From an uncultured bacterium (GTDB lineage: Bacteria; Auribacterota; Erginobacteria; Erginobacterales; Erginobacteraceae), in contig CAWGIE010000026.1 of assembly GCA_963822585.1 (NCBI GenBank), forward strand, positions 256,001-320,000: a DNA stretch of 64,000 bases, written 5' to 3'. Each line of letters opens with the position of its first letter. Positions within the stretch are counted from its first letter, which is position 1. The translations under genes and the position numbers were made by a program. Under the pieces are notes generated by a model. The model had not been told where the DNA came from. It made no database searches and saw only the letters and a list, made by a program, of their open reading frames with translations. Shown piece by piece: positions 1-8,791 of this stretch.

Positions 1-753
1 GGGATTCTCGCGCGCGATTTATTTTCCCCGGAGAATATTCTGGCCGCGGATCCGGATGAGAAGCGCCGGGCTCTGATCGGCCGGGAACTGGGTATCGGAG
101 TAACCGACAGCAACCGGGCGGCAATCGAATTCGCCGGGATCGTTCTTCTGGCCGTCAAACCCCAGATTCTCGACTCCGTTGCCGCGGAGATCTCCCCCCT
201 CCTCACGGAAAGGCATCTCCTGATCTCCATTCTGGCGGGGATCACAACGAAACGCCTGGAAGACCGCCTGGGCGGGAAAATCCCGGTTGTCCGGGTCATG
301 CCCAACACCCCCTCCCTGGTCGGCGCCGGGATCGCCGCTATTTGCGCCGGCCGCTATGCCGGTCCCGGCGCCCTGGACTCGGCGGAAGAAATACTGCAGG
401 CGGCGGGGACGGTCATCCGTCTTCCGGAAGAACTGATCGACGCGGTTACCGCCGTCAGCGGCAGCGGACCGGCGTACCTATTCCTCTTTACCGAGGCCCT
501 GGCCCGCGCCGGCCGCAAGATGGGTCTTTCCCCGGAGCAGGCGGACGTTCTGGCCCGGAAAACAGTTGCCGGAGCCGGGAAACTGTTGGAAGAAAGCGGA
601 CGGAGCCCGGAAGATCTGAGGAGGAATGTCACCTCACCCGGGGGAACTACCGAGGCGGCCATCCGGACCTTCAATCGGTTAGGATTCGACGAGGTCGTGG
701 AAAAGGCGGTCGAAGCGGCCTATCGAAGAGCGAAAGAACTGGGAAATAAATAG
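1..753 (+). CDS. proC: Pyrroline-5-carboxylate reductase (5' truncated by window edge)
   Basis: Frame open from base 1; RVMPNTP, AVSGSGPAY and VTSPGGTT motifs; upstream of yggT/yggU as in the conserved cluster. Confidence 0.95.
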   Translation, partial: GILARDLFSPENILAADPDEKRRALIGRELGIGVTDSNRAAIEFAGIVLLAVKPQILDSVAAEISPLLTERHLLISILAGITTKRLEDRLGGKIPVVRVMPNTPSLVGAGIAAICAGRYAGPGALDSAEEILQAAGTVIRLPEELIDAVTAVSGSGPAYLFLFTEALARAGRKMGLSPEQADVLARKTVAGAGKLLEESGRSPEDLRRNVTSPGGTTEAAIRTFNRLGFDEVVEKAVEAAYRRAKELGNK

Positions 754-965
754 AACTTACTCGAAAAGATCGTAAGTTCTCAAATCCTAATATCTAAATA
801 CTGAATCCCAAACAATATCAAATGACCAAAATTAATAAATCCCAAACAAGGGGGCTAAAAACAGCGATATTTTGAGCATTTGAACATTGGGATTTAAAAT
901 TTATTTAGGATTTCGATATTAGGATTTAGGATTTCCTGCTCGAAATCCTTTTCGAGCAGGGTCTA
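751..965. repeat. MITE-like element with 18-bp imperfect terminal inverted repeats and internal 7-nt-period arms
   Basis: tagaacttactcgaaaag (751-768) matches the reverse complement of 948-965 at 15/18; interior has aaatcct/aatatct repeats and complementary ggattta/gatatta repeats. Confidence 0.6.
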
Positions 966-969
966 TCTC

Positions 970-1836
970 ATGGGCATTATCGGGCTGCTTTTTTCAATTT
1001 ATTTCCTTCTTCTCCTGATCCGGGCGCTCATCCCCGATACCGGCCAGATTGCGTTCAACCGTCCTTATCGGCTGATCGTTAAGCTGACGGAACCTGTGGT
1101 AGCTTTCCTGGCCCGGTTATTTCCGGGACGGACCGGTCGGGCGGCGCCGATTCTGGGGATACTTCTCTTGATCATATTTCACGGAGTCCTCTATGCCGGA
1201 GAGACCGGCCGCGAATCAAGTCTTTTCCCCTGCGGCATCTCCCGCTGGGTATTCGTTACCGCCGTACCCTTCTGGGGCGTGGGGAAGAGTTTCGCTCATT
1301 ATTCGCTTTTGACCTATCGCTTCCTCTCTCTTCTCCTGGCGATCACGATCCTTTCTCCTCAGGCGTCGGCATCGGACCAGGTTTCCCGTCTGGCAAAAAG
1401 TCTTCTCCAGCCGGTGCTCGCTCCCCCCTGGAGACGCTGGATGGCGGCGGTAGCCCTCCCGGTGGGCGCCACCGTGATGATCATCTTCCTCCGGGAGCTG
1501 TATCAGGGAGTCGGGTGGTTGGGAAAAGAAGGCATCAACCCGGTCGGGGCGTTTCTCGACAGCGTCGCCCTGCTTATTCAACTCCTCACGCTTATTGTCT
1601 ACCTCCTTATTTTTCGCGCGGTTATTTCCTGGTTTCCGGCCATCCGTGGCTACGGCGGGGCGCTTTCCTGGCTGGAGTTCTTCACCGAACCGTTTCTGAG
1701 GCCCTTCCGGAGAATGGGTCTTTCCCTGGGATCGATTGATTTAACGCCCCTGGCGGCGGTTTTCGCCATCATCATCACCCAGAAGGTGCTCCTGGGTATT
1801 TTGGGGGAAATATACACCGTCTTTCCCGGAGGATGA
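970..1836 (+). CDS. yggT: YggT family membrane protein (two YGGT domains)
   Basis: LTEPVV and FTEPFLRPFRR...IDLTPL motifs; lies between proC and DUF167. Confidence 0.8.
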   Translation: MGIIGLLFSIYFLLLLIRALIPDTGQIAFNRPYRLIVKLTEPVVAFLARLFPGRTGRAAPILGILLLIIFHGVLYAGETGRESSLFPCGISRWVFVTAVPFWGVGKSFAHYSLLTYRFLSLLLAITILSPQASASDQVSRLAKSLLQPVLAPPWRRWMAAVALPVGATVMIIFLRELYQGVGWLGKEGINPVGAFLDSVALLIQLLTLIVYLLIFRAVISWFPAIRGYGGALSWLEFFTEPFLRPFRRMGLSLGSIDLTPLAAVFAIIITQKVLLGILGEIYTVFPGG

Positions 1837-1837
1837 T

Positions 1838-2134
1838 ATGGGATCACTGGAGATTCAGGAGAAGAACGAGGGGGTCAGTTTCCGGGTCAAACTGCATCCT
1901 CGGGCGGGACGCGACCGTATTGCGGGGGTCGTTAACGGCCGGTTGAGGATCGACGTCTGCGCCCCCCCGGTCAAGAATCAAGCCAATCGGAACTTGATCA
2001 AAATTCTGGCTAAAATCATTGGAATGCCGCGGGACGCGGTGACGATAGTAAGAGGAGCAACCGGTCGGGATAAAATAATCGCCATCCGGGGCCTGACCTC
2101 GCCTGAATTGAGAGACCGTTTGAAAGTGGATTGA
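1838..2134 (+). CDS. DUF167 / YggU family protein
   Basis: VKLHPRA, APPVKNQAN and GATGRDK motifs; follows yggT. Confidence 0.85.
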   Translation: MGSLEIQEKNEGVSFRVKLHPRAGRDRIAGVVNGRLRIDVCAPPVKNQANRNLIKILAKIIGMPRDAVTIVRGATGRDKIIAIRGLTSPELRDRLKVD

Positions 2135-2245
2135 GATTTTACCATCAGCAGTATATGCATTGTGTTGCCGGGAGTTTAGAGTAAGGGATACTCTGTACGC
2201 CGCAATCAGTTGAATAATATATCATTTTTACGGAGCAAAAATTAT

Positions 2246-3406
2246 ATGACGGAACGTTTCACAGAACGACTGGTCAGACGCCTTGACCATGTCGATCGCC
2301 GGAAGGTGGGCGAATATTTGATCGGACTGGCCCGGGAAAAAGGCCTGCTGGAAAACATCTTCAACAGCATGCAGGAAGGGCTGCTCGTCATCAACCCGAC
2401 CGGCATGATCGTTCTCATCAACGAGCCGGCGGCCCGGCTGCTGGGCATCCCGGTTGATTCTGTGGGGCTTCCCTATGAAGACAGTATCCGGGACCCGGGG
2501 CTCCGGTCCATTATCAGCCAGGGTTTTGAAGTGCCGGGGCAGGCGTTAATCCGGGAATTTATCATCATTCGCCCCGCGCCGCGTTGGGTTCGCCTGAGCC
2601 GCACCTCCCTCCGGGATAGCGAGGATCATTTCCGGGGGATCATGATGGTTCTGGCCGATATCACGCGTCAGCGGAAAGCCGAAGAGGAGATCAGCCTGGT
2701 TGAACGGCTGGACTTCCTCAGCCACCTCACCGCCGGGGTCGCTCACGAGATCGGGAACCCCATCGGTTCCCTTGCCATCCAGGTCCAGCTTGTGGAACGG
2801 CAGGTCCGGGAACTGGATTCCCCCCTCCGGGACAAGCTGCTGAGAACCGTCTCTCTCATCAATGAAGAATTACGGCGGCTGGATCTCATCGTTGACCAGT
2901 TTCTCAAAACCCTCCGCCCCGACGAACTTCATCTGCGCAAGAACAACCTGGTCGCGGTGACGGAAGATATCCTTGCCCTGGTAGAGGAGGATCTCCGGGA
3001 AAAAGATATCACCCTGGAGAAGATCTTTCCGCCACAGGGTATTTGGGGGAGAATGGATGAGAACCTGATTAAGCAGGCGATTCTGAACCTGGTCATCAAT
3101 GCCGGGCAGGCGATGCCGAGGGGAGGGAAGATCACGGTCCGGATGGAAGAAGAAAACACCTATCTCAAGTTCTCGATAACCGACCAGGGAACGGGTATCC
3201 CCCGGGAAAAAATAAGCCGCCTTTTTGAGCCGCTTTTTACTACCAAGGAAACCGGCTCCGGTCTGGGACTTTTGGTTGTATACAAGGCGATCCGGCAGCA
3301 TGGGGGCTACGTCGAAGTCACCAGTCAACCGGGGAAGGGGACCACCTTCACGATCTGGCTTCCCCAGCGGCCGGATCGGATAAAGCTGCTGCCGGCAGGG
3401 GAGTAA
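2246..3406 (+). CDS. PAS-domain sensor histidine kinase
   Basis: H-box AHEIGNP, N-box NLVINA, G1 DQGTGI, F-box FEPLFTTK, G2 GSGLGL; PAS-like N-terminal part. Confidence 0.93.
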   Translation: MTERFTERLVRRLDHVDRRKVGEYLIGLAREKGLLENIFNSMQEGLLVINPTGMIVLINEPAARLLGIPVDSVGLPYEDSIRDPGLRSIISQGFEVPGQALIREFIIIRPAPRWVRLSRTSLRDSEDHFRGIMMVLADITRQRKAEEEISLVERLDFLSHLTAGVAHEIGNPIGSLAIQVQLVERQVRELDSPLRDKLLRTVSLINEELRRLDLIVDQFLKTLRPDELHLRKNNLVAVTEDILALVEEDLREKDITLEKIFPPQGIWGRMDENLIKQAILNLVINAGQAMPRGGKITVRMEEENTYLKFSITDQGTGIPREKISRLFEPLFTTKETGSGLGLLVVYKAIRQHGGYVEVTSQPGKGTTFTIWLPQRPDRIKLLPAGE

Positions 3407-3413
3407 TGAATCA

Positions 3414-4784
3414 ATGCCCGCGGTTATCCTGATAGTCGAAGATGAGAAAAACGCCCGTGAAGGCATTCGGGAAGCCGTCTCTTCACCCGGCCGCGCCGTC
3501 CTGACGGCGGAGAACGGATTTCAGGCCGAAGAGATCGTCAGAAACCGGTCCGTCGACCTGGTTATCTCGGATTTAAAAATGCCGGGAATGACCGGCCTGG
3601 AGCTCCTGAAAAAAGTTCAGGCGTTTTCACCAAACACCATTTTTATCATCATGACGGCATACGGGACCGTCGGTACCGCCGTCGAGGCCATGAAAAAAGG
3701 GGCGTATGATTATCTTACCAAGCCGATTCATCTTGACCAGTTGGAGATATTGATTTCCCGGGCCCTGAAGGAGAGAGCCCTTGAAGCAGAAAACGTGTAT
3801 TTGAAGGAACAGCTACAGAAACAATACGGACTGGAAAACATGATCGGCCATAGCGGGGTCATGGAAAAAGTTTTCGAAACGATCCGACAGATCAGTCCCA
3901 GTGATGCCACCGTCCTGATTACCGGTGAGTCCGGGACCGGGAAGGAACTGGTCGCCCGGGCGATCCACCATCAGAGTCCGCGGAGAAATAATCCCTTTAT
4001 CCCCATTCATTGCGCGTCGCTTTCCCCGTCCCTTCTGGAGAGCGAGCTGTTCGGCCATGAGAGGGGGTCTTTTACCGGAGCGATAGCTCAAAAAAAAGGG
4101 AAATTTGAGGTCGCTGACGGGGGGACCGTATTTCTGGACGAGGTCGGCGAAATTCCCCTGGAGATGCAGGTGAAGCTCCTTCGTTTCCTGGAAATGCGGG
4201 AACTGGAGAGGGTTGGCGGGACCACACCCATCGCGGTGAACATCCGGCTCCTGGCGGCTTCCAACGTCAGACCAGAGGAACTTGTCCGGGGACATCGGCT
4301 CCGGGAGGATCTTTTCTACCGCCTCAACGTGGTCAGGATCGAGCTGCCCCCCCTGCGTGCAAGACGGGAGGATATACCGCTCCTGATCCACGACTTTATC
4401 AGCGAGTTTAATCAATCCAACCAGAAACAGGTCTCCTCGATCACTCCGCGGGCGCTCCAGGTTCTCCAGTCTTATGACTGGCCGGGCAATGTCCGGGAAC
4501 TGAAAAACTGCCTGGAGAGCATGATGGTTTTGACCAAGAAGAATATTTTGGGGGTCGATGATATCCCCGCCCCGATCAAACCCGCCCGCCCGATTACGGC
4601 GCCTCCTTCAGACAATCTTAATATCAAAATCATGGAGAAGGAGTTGATCAGAAACGCCCTGGATCGGGCGGGCGGCAATAAGCAGAAAACCGCCCTCATT
4701 CTCGGCATCAGCCGGCGGACCCTTTATCGGAAGATGGAAGAGTATGGACTGACGAAAAAAAGGAATGATGGAGTGGTGGAATGA
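3414..4784 (+). CDS. Sigma-54-dependent response regulator (NtrC/AtoC family)
   Basis: Receiver domain (DLKMPG), Walker A GESGTGKE, ESELFGHERGSFTGA, WPGNVREL, C-terminal Fis HTH. Confidence 0.95.
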   Translation: MPAVILIVEDEKNAREGIREAVSSPGRAVLTAENGFQAEEIVRNRSVDLVISDLKMPGMTGLELLKKVQAFSPNTIFIIMTAYGTVGTAVEAMKKGAYDYLTKPIHLDQLEILISRALKERALEAENVYLKEQLQKQYGLENMIGHSGVMEKVFETIRQISPSDATVLITGESGTGKELVARAIHHQSPRRNNPFIPIHCASLSPSLLESELFGHERGSFTGAIAQKKGKFEVADGGTVFLDEVGEIPLEMQVKLLRFLEMRELERVGGTTPIAVNIRLLAASNVRPEELVRGHRLREDLFYRLNVVRIELPPLRARREDIPLLIHDFISEFNQSNQKQVSSITPRALQVLQSYDWPGNVRELKNCLESMMVLTKKNILGVDDIPAPIKPARPITAPPSDNLNIKIMEKELIRNALDRAGGNKQKTALILGISRRTLYRKMEEYGLTKKRNDGVVE

Positions 4785-4844
4785 TGGAGTGATGGTCCGG
4801 AGGGCGTCCTCCAGTACTCCAACACTCCAGTACTTCATTATTCC
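4762..4844. repeat. 8-nt-period inverted-repeat element (ggagtgat...actcc)
   Basis: Tandem ggaatgat/ggagtggt units followed by complementary ccagtact/ccaacact units. Confidence 0.75.
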
Positions 4845-4884
4845 TTGTCGATCAATCAAAATAGAGGTAAATCTGTGTGAATTC

Positions 4885-5322
4885 ATGGCCGCCATGAAAC
4901 CTCATTCGACAACCATCTCCTACCGCGTTCCCTACGCGGACACCGACCAGATGGGTATCGTTTACTACGCCAACTACCTGGTCTATTTCGAACGTCTGCG
5001 GAACGAGCTCCTGAGGGAGACCGGTACCCCATACAAAATCTGGGAAGAAAAAGGGCTGCTGCTGCCGGTGATTGAGGCATTCTGCCGTTACCGCGCCCCC
5101 GCGCAGTATGACGATTTGCTGACCGTCTCCGGACGGATCACCAGCGGCAAGGGCACCCGGATCCGAATCGACTATGAAGTGTGTAAAGGGGAACTCGTCC
5201 TGACGGAAGGATATACCATTCATGCCTGTCTCAACCGCTCCGGTCGCCCCACACGGATACCGGAAGAGCTGGCGGGGACTCCCGGCATTGACAAGAGGGA
5301 TCAAAACCATGACAGAAACTGA
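4885..5322 (+). CDS. Acyl-CoA thioesterase (YbgC/4HBT family)
   Basis: YRVPYADTDQMGIVYYANYLVYFE motif; start could be 4894. Confidence 0.9.
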   Translation: MAAMKPHSTTISYRVPYADTDQMGIVYYANYLVYFERLRNELLRETGTPYKIWEEKGLLLPVIEAFCRYRAPAQYDDLLTVSGRITSGKGTRIRIDYEVCKGELVLTEGYTIHACLNRSGRPTRIPEELAGTPGIDKRDQNHDRN

Positions 5323-7102
5323 AGAAATACGTTATCGCCCCCCCCTGGTTACCGTCGCTCTCATCCTTTTCTGTTTTATTTATCTCACCTACACCTGGGC
5401 TCATTTCTGGAATACAAACGAATACAGCCGGTTCTTCCTGACTCAGGCTCTGATCGAACATCAGAGTTTTTCCATCGATAAAATCATCTTCGAACATGAT
5501 ACCCAGGATAAATCATTTTATCAGGGGAATTTTTATTCCAACAAGGCCCCCGTCTCATCATTTCTGGCCGCTCCCGCTTACCTGGCGATACGGTTAACCG
5601 AAATATATGCCCGCATCCCGATTGGAGAGGGGATGACTCTTTATCTGATCAAGGCCTTCACGGTCAGCCTCCCTTCAGCGCTGTTCCTCCTGCTCCTTTT
5701 CAAGTTCTGGTCATCGATTACTCTTCACTATTCAATCCGGCGCGCGGTCTTGATCGTGTACGCACTGGGAACCATGATCTGGCCTTATTCCGCCATGTTT
5801 TACGGTCACCTCCTGGCCGCCATGAGCCTGGCTCTGGCTTTCCTGATTATCTGCGCCACGAAAGATGCCGTTTCCGGATCGAAGACCCTCTTTGAAAGCG
5901 GTTTCTTCTGCGGACTGGCGTTTTCAATTGAATACCCAACCGCTCTGATCTCGATCTGCCTTTTCATCTACGCGGCGGCGACCATGAAAAAACTCCGTGC
6001 TTCTTTATACCTGCTGCTAGGGGTCGCCGCAATCTGGGCCATCTGGTCCTTTTTTGACCCGATACAGGCCGCGGTCGCCCCCCACATTAAAACACTCATC
6101 GAACCGCATCGGGCGGTGATGATTATTTCCATCGTCTTTACCGCGCTGATCGGACTCGGGGCCGTTTCCCGAGCTCCGAGCCTGCTGTTTTTTTTCCTCG
6201 GGGCCGCGCCTCTGGCCGGGATCACCCTCTATTACCATTGGAAATGTTTCGGGGGGCCTCTCCAGTTCCCCTATTACTTCGAATCCTATCGCCAGTTCGC
6301 CGTCGCCCATCAGGCGGGAATCGCCGGGGTCTCCTTTCCCTCGAACTTGAGCGATCTGGGAACACGTTTTTCTATTCTTCTCCAACTCCTGATCAGTCCC
6401 TATCGCGGCCTCTTTTTCTATTCCCCCTTCCTTCTGCTCGGGATCAGCGGGATGATTAAAATGATCCGTGACGAGACGTGGAAAAAAGAAGGGCGGCTCT
6501 TTCTGGCCATCACCATCGTCTACTTGTTATTTCTGTGTTCCTTCACCGATTGGGAAGGCGGCTGGTCCCTGGGCCCGCGTCATCTGGTCCCCCTGCTGCC
6601 GTTTCTGGCGACCGCCGTCGTATATCAGCTGGGAACGGTCGGTCAGAAAACCAGGAGCACCCTGGTCTGGGTGATGGCAATCCTGGGCATGGTCTCAATC
6701 GCCTTTATATTTATCGGGACTGTCTCATTCCCCTACCTGCCCAAGGAATTGAAGAATCCCCTCTATGATCTTTCCTGGCATTTACTGGTTAGCGGGAAGA
6801 TGGCCCCCACTCTTGGGGAACTCTGCGGCCTTAAGGGATTTCTTTCCCTGGTTCCCCTCGCTGCCCTGGTAATGGTATTGACATTCATCTTCCTGAAGGA
6901 TCTCAGTCGTTTCGCCGGACATACGGTTCCGACCCGGGTCATCTTCTGCCTGGTGAGCGTTGCCGCGGCCGCGGCCATCTTGCTGACCTGGGGAATGGTC
7001 AGCCGGTGGCGGACGGAGCGGCTCTCCCCGTACCAACAGGGACTCCAGGGGGCTCAAATGAGACGTGTGACCGCCTTTATGGAGAGAGCAGAGAGGGAAT
7101 AA
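5309..7102 (+). CDS. Multi-TM membrane protein, probable GT-C fold glycosyltransferase
   Basis: Many TM segments; NEYSRF..., YSNKAP, RGLFFYSP and WEGGWSLGPRHLVP motifs resembling PMT/GT-C-like membrane proteins. Confidence 0.55.
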   Translation: MTETEEIRYRPPLVTVALILFCFIYLTYTWAHFWNTNEYSRFFLTQALIEHQSFSIDKIIFEHDTQDKSFYQGNFYSNKAPVSSFLAAPAYLAIRLTEIYARIPIGEGMTLYLIKAFTVSLPSALFLLLLFKFWSSITLHYSIRRAVLIVYALGTMIWPYSAMFYGHLLAAMSLALAFLIICATKDAVSGSKTLFESGFFCGLAFSIEYPTALISICLFIYAAATMKKLRASLYLLLGVAAIWAIWSFFDPIQAAVAPHIKTLIEPHRAVMIISIVFTALIGLGAVSRAPSLLFFFLGAAPLAGITLYYHWKCFGGPLQFPYYFESYRQFAVAHQAGIAGVSFPSNLSDLGTRFSILLQLLISPYRGLFFYSPFLLLGISGMIKMIRDETWKKEGRLFLAITIVYLLFLCSFTDWEGGWSLGPRHLVPLLPFLATAVVYQLGTVGQKTRSTLVWVMAILGMVSIAFIFIGTVSFPYLPKELKNPLYDLSWHLLVSGKMAPTLGELCGLKGFLSLVPLAALVMVLTFIFLKDLSRFAGHTVPTRVIFCLVSVAAAAAILLTWGMVSRWRTERLSPYQQGLQGAQMRRVTAFMERAERE

Positions 7103-7274
7103 GGGAAAAAATCGAATTCCGAAATCCGAATGTCGAAATCACAAACCCGGAATACGCCAAATATATGCTTCGGGTTGGGAGAGCCATACCGGGAGAGAAT
7201 GGAGTATCTTTTACCCCTCCGTATCTGATCGGATACAGGCAACTGATATTTAAAATTTTTCCTCAGGAAAAATT

Positions 7275-7952
7275 TTAAAAGGAGTACTCGAGCCCGGCCC
7301 GAACCTGCCAGTTGTCCAGCTCAGTGTCATCTTTCACGGTAATCGACCCTTTCTCCGGGTTGGAATGGGTTTGTTCACGGTCGATATCGGTGAAGACGTA
7401 CCGGGCCTCCACGTTCAGGAAGATGTGTTTACTGAGCGTAAAATCAGCCCCTGCCGCGGCATGCACCGACCACTGTCCGGTCACTTTCCCGGTAATGGTG
7501 AACGGATAGGTTTTACCGTCGACAACGACATTGTAACTGCCATCGATATCCGAATCAATCTGGTAATACCCTCCGCCCAGGCCCAGGTAAGCCCGGGCGG
7601 CCTGCTCCATGATGGGCGCGTAAATCATCGCGGTTAGATATATCGGATAGACCCGGTCCGTTTCTTTATAGGTTACCGGTCCCGGAGCGGAGGAATAGGG
7701 CATGACGATATCTCCCTCATCCAGACTCCAGCGAAAATAGTCAACCCCCATCTCGATCCCCAGGGTATCGGTAAACTTATACTTGGCGATGGCCCCGTAA
7801 CCGAATTCATGCTCGAAATCAGAATCCTTGGGGTTGATATAGATGCCATGAGCCCCCACCCGAAACTCCCCGTATTTCAATTCTCCCCGGCCCTCTTTGG
7901 CAAACAGGCAGAAAAACAACGATAACACCCCGATCAACGCGACTGTCTTCAT
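7275..7952 (-). CDS. Outer-membrane beta-barrel protein (OmpW/porin-like)
   Basis: Signal peptide, alternating beta-strands (YLGLGGGYY, LNVEARY), C-terminal YSF beta-signal. Confidence 0.8.
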   Translation of the reverse strand: MKTVALIGVLSLFFCLFAKEGRGELKYGEFRVGAHGIYINPKDSDFEHEFGYGAIAKYKFTDTLGIEMGVDYFRWSLDEGDIVMPYSSAPGPVTYKETDRVYPIYLTAMIYAPIMEQAARAYLGLGGGYYQIDSDIDGSYNVVVDGKTYPFTITGKVTGQWSVHAAAGADFTLSKHIFLNVEARYVFTDIDREQTHSNPEKGSITVKDDTELDNWQVRAGLEYSF

Positions 7953-8349
7953 TACGATTCCCTCTCGCATGTCCTGATTATTCAGTTACGGTGGATGGCG
8001 ACCGGCATTTATCCGTATGTCTTACTACGGCATAGCGGCGGCATTTGTTCACTCAAAAACGTTCCCCGTCCTGAACGGTCCGGTCTGGAGGACGGCACGC
8101 ACCGATGAAAAGATGCACTAAGTATAAACGTATTCCATTCTCTGTAAAGTGAAATAACGGTGTCTGCTCCGGGAAACCGTCCGCCGCGTCTGCCCGGCTC
8201 ATATTTGTTCTCGATTTTGCTTTTCTCTTGATTCCGGATGATTCTGATTGCTATAGTTGCGCCTGCAGAGTGGGGAATACGCGGATGGGGCAAAAAGGGT
8301 TCTTGTATCCCTTACCCCTTAACCCTTATCTCTTATATCTGTCTTTATA

Positions 8350-8424
8350 CGGGGCGTGGCGCAGTCCGGTTAGCGCGCCTGAATGGGGTTCAGGAGGCCC
8401 CCGGTTCGAATCCGGGCGCCCCGA
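8350..8424 (+). tRNA. tRNA-Pro (GGG), CCA not encoded
   Basis: Acceptor stem cggggcg/cgccccg, D-stem gcgc/gcgc, anticodon arm cctga-atGGGgt-tcagg, T-arm cccgg-ttcgaat-ccggg. Confidence 0.95.
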
Positions 8425-8467
8425 TATCAATCGAATAAGGAGCAGGCAATTCGGGTAGAGCAATAGC

Positions 8468-8623
8468 TCCCCGGTTCTGCGCCGGAGGCGCATCCGCCTC
8501 TGGCGGAGAATCCGGGCGCCCCGATAATATTTCGAGGGAAAATGAGGTGTAGGTGGGACAACAGTTCCCCGGTTCTGCGCCGGAGGCGCATCCGCCTCTG
8601 GCGGAGAATCCGGGCGCCCCGAT
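8468..8623 (+). repeat. Two identical 58-nt direct repeats (8468-8525, 8566-8623) made of the tRNA-Pro 3' end with a 30-nt insertion in the T-loop
   Basis: tccccggttc[tgcgccggaggcgcatccgcctctggcgga]gaatccgggcgccccgat occurs twice; without the insert and leading t it equals 8399-8425 (tRNA 3' end plus one base). Confidence 0.92.
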
Positions 8624-8630
8624 GAATTAC

Positions 8631-8734
8631 GGAGTACTGGAGTGATGGAATATTGGAGTACTGGATAATAACCAGGGGGGGAGCCTCAGTCGGGCGCTGC
8701 CCATTATTCCAACATTCCAACACTCCATTACTCC
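8631..8734. repeat. 8-nt-period inverted-repeat element
   Basis: ggagtactggagtgatggaatattggagtactgg ... ccattattccaacattccaacactccattactcc. Confidence 0.75.
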
Positions 8735-8791
8735 CTTTTAAAATAGGTACCAATACAAACCTGAAGACAGTCAGTTGCCACAGTGACCGCC

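Noticed and set aside
8468..8623. CRISPR array
   Set aside because: Only two repeats, 58 nt long, clearly derived from the tRNA, and no cas operon in the window; reported as a tRNA-linked array instead.
8228..8753. Short ORFs over the tRNA and repeats
   Set aside because: They are translations of tRNA and repeat DNA.
8350..8790. Integrated prophage or island at tRNA-Pro
   Set aside because: No integrase or cargo; housekeeping hom follows directly.
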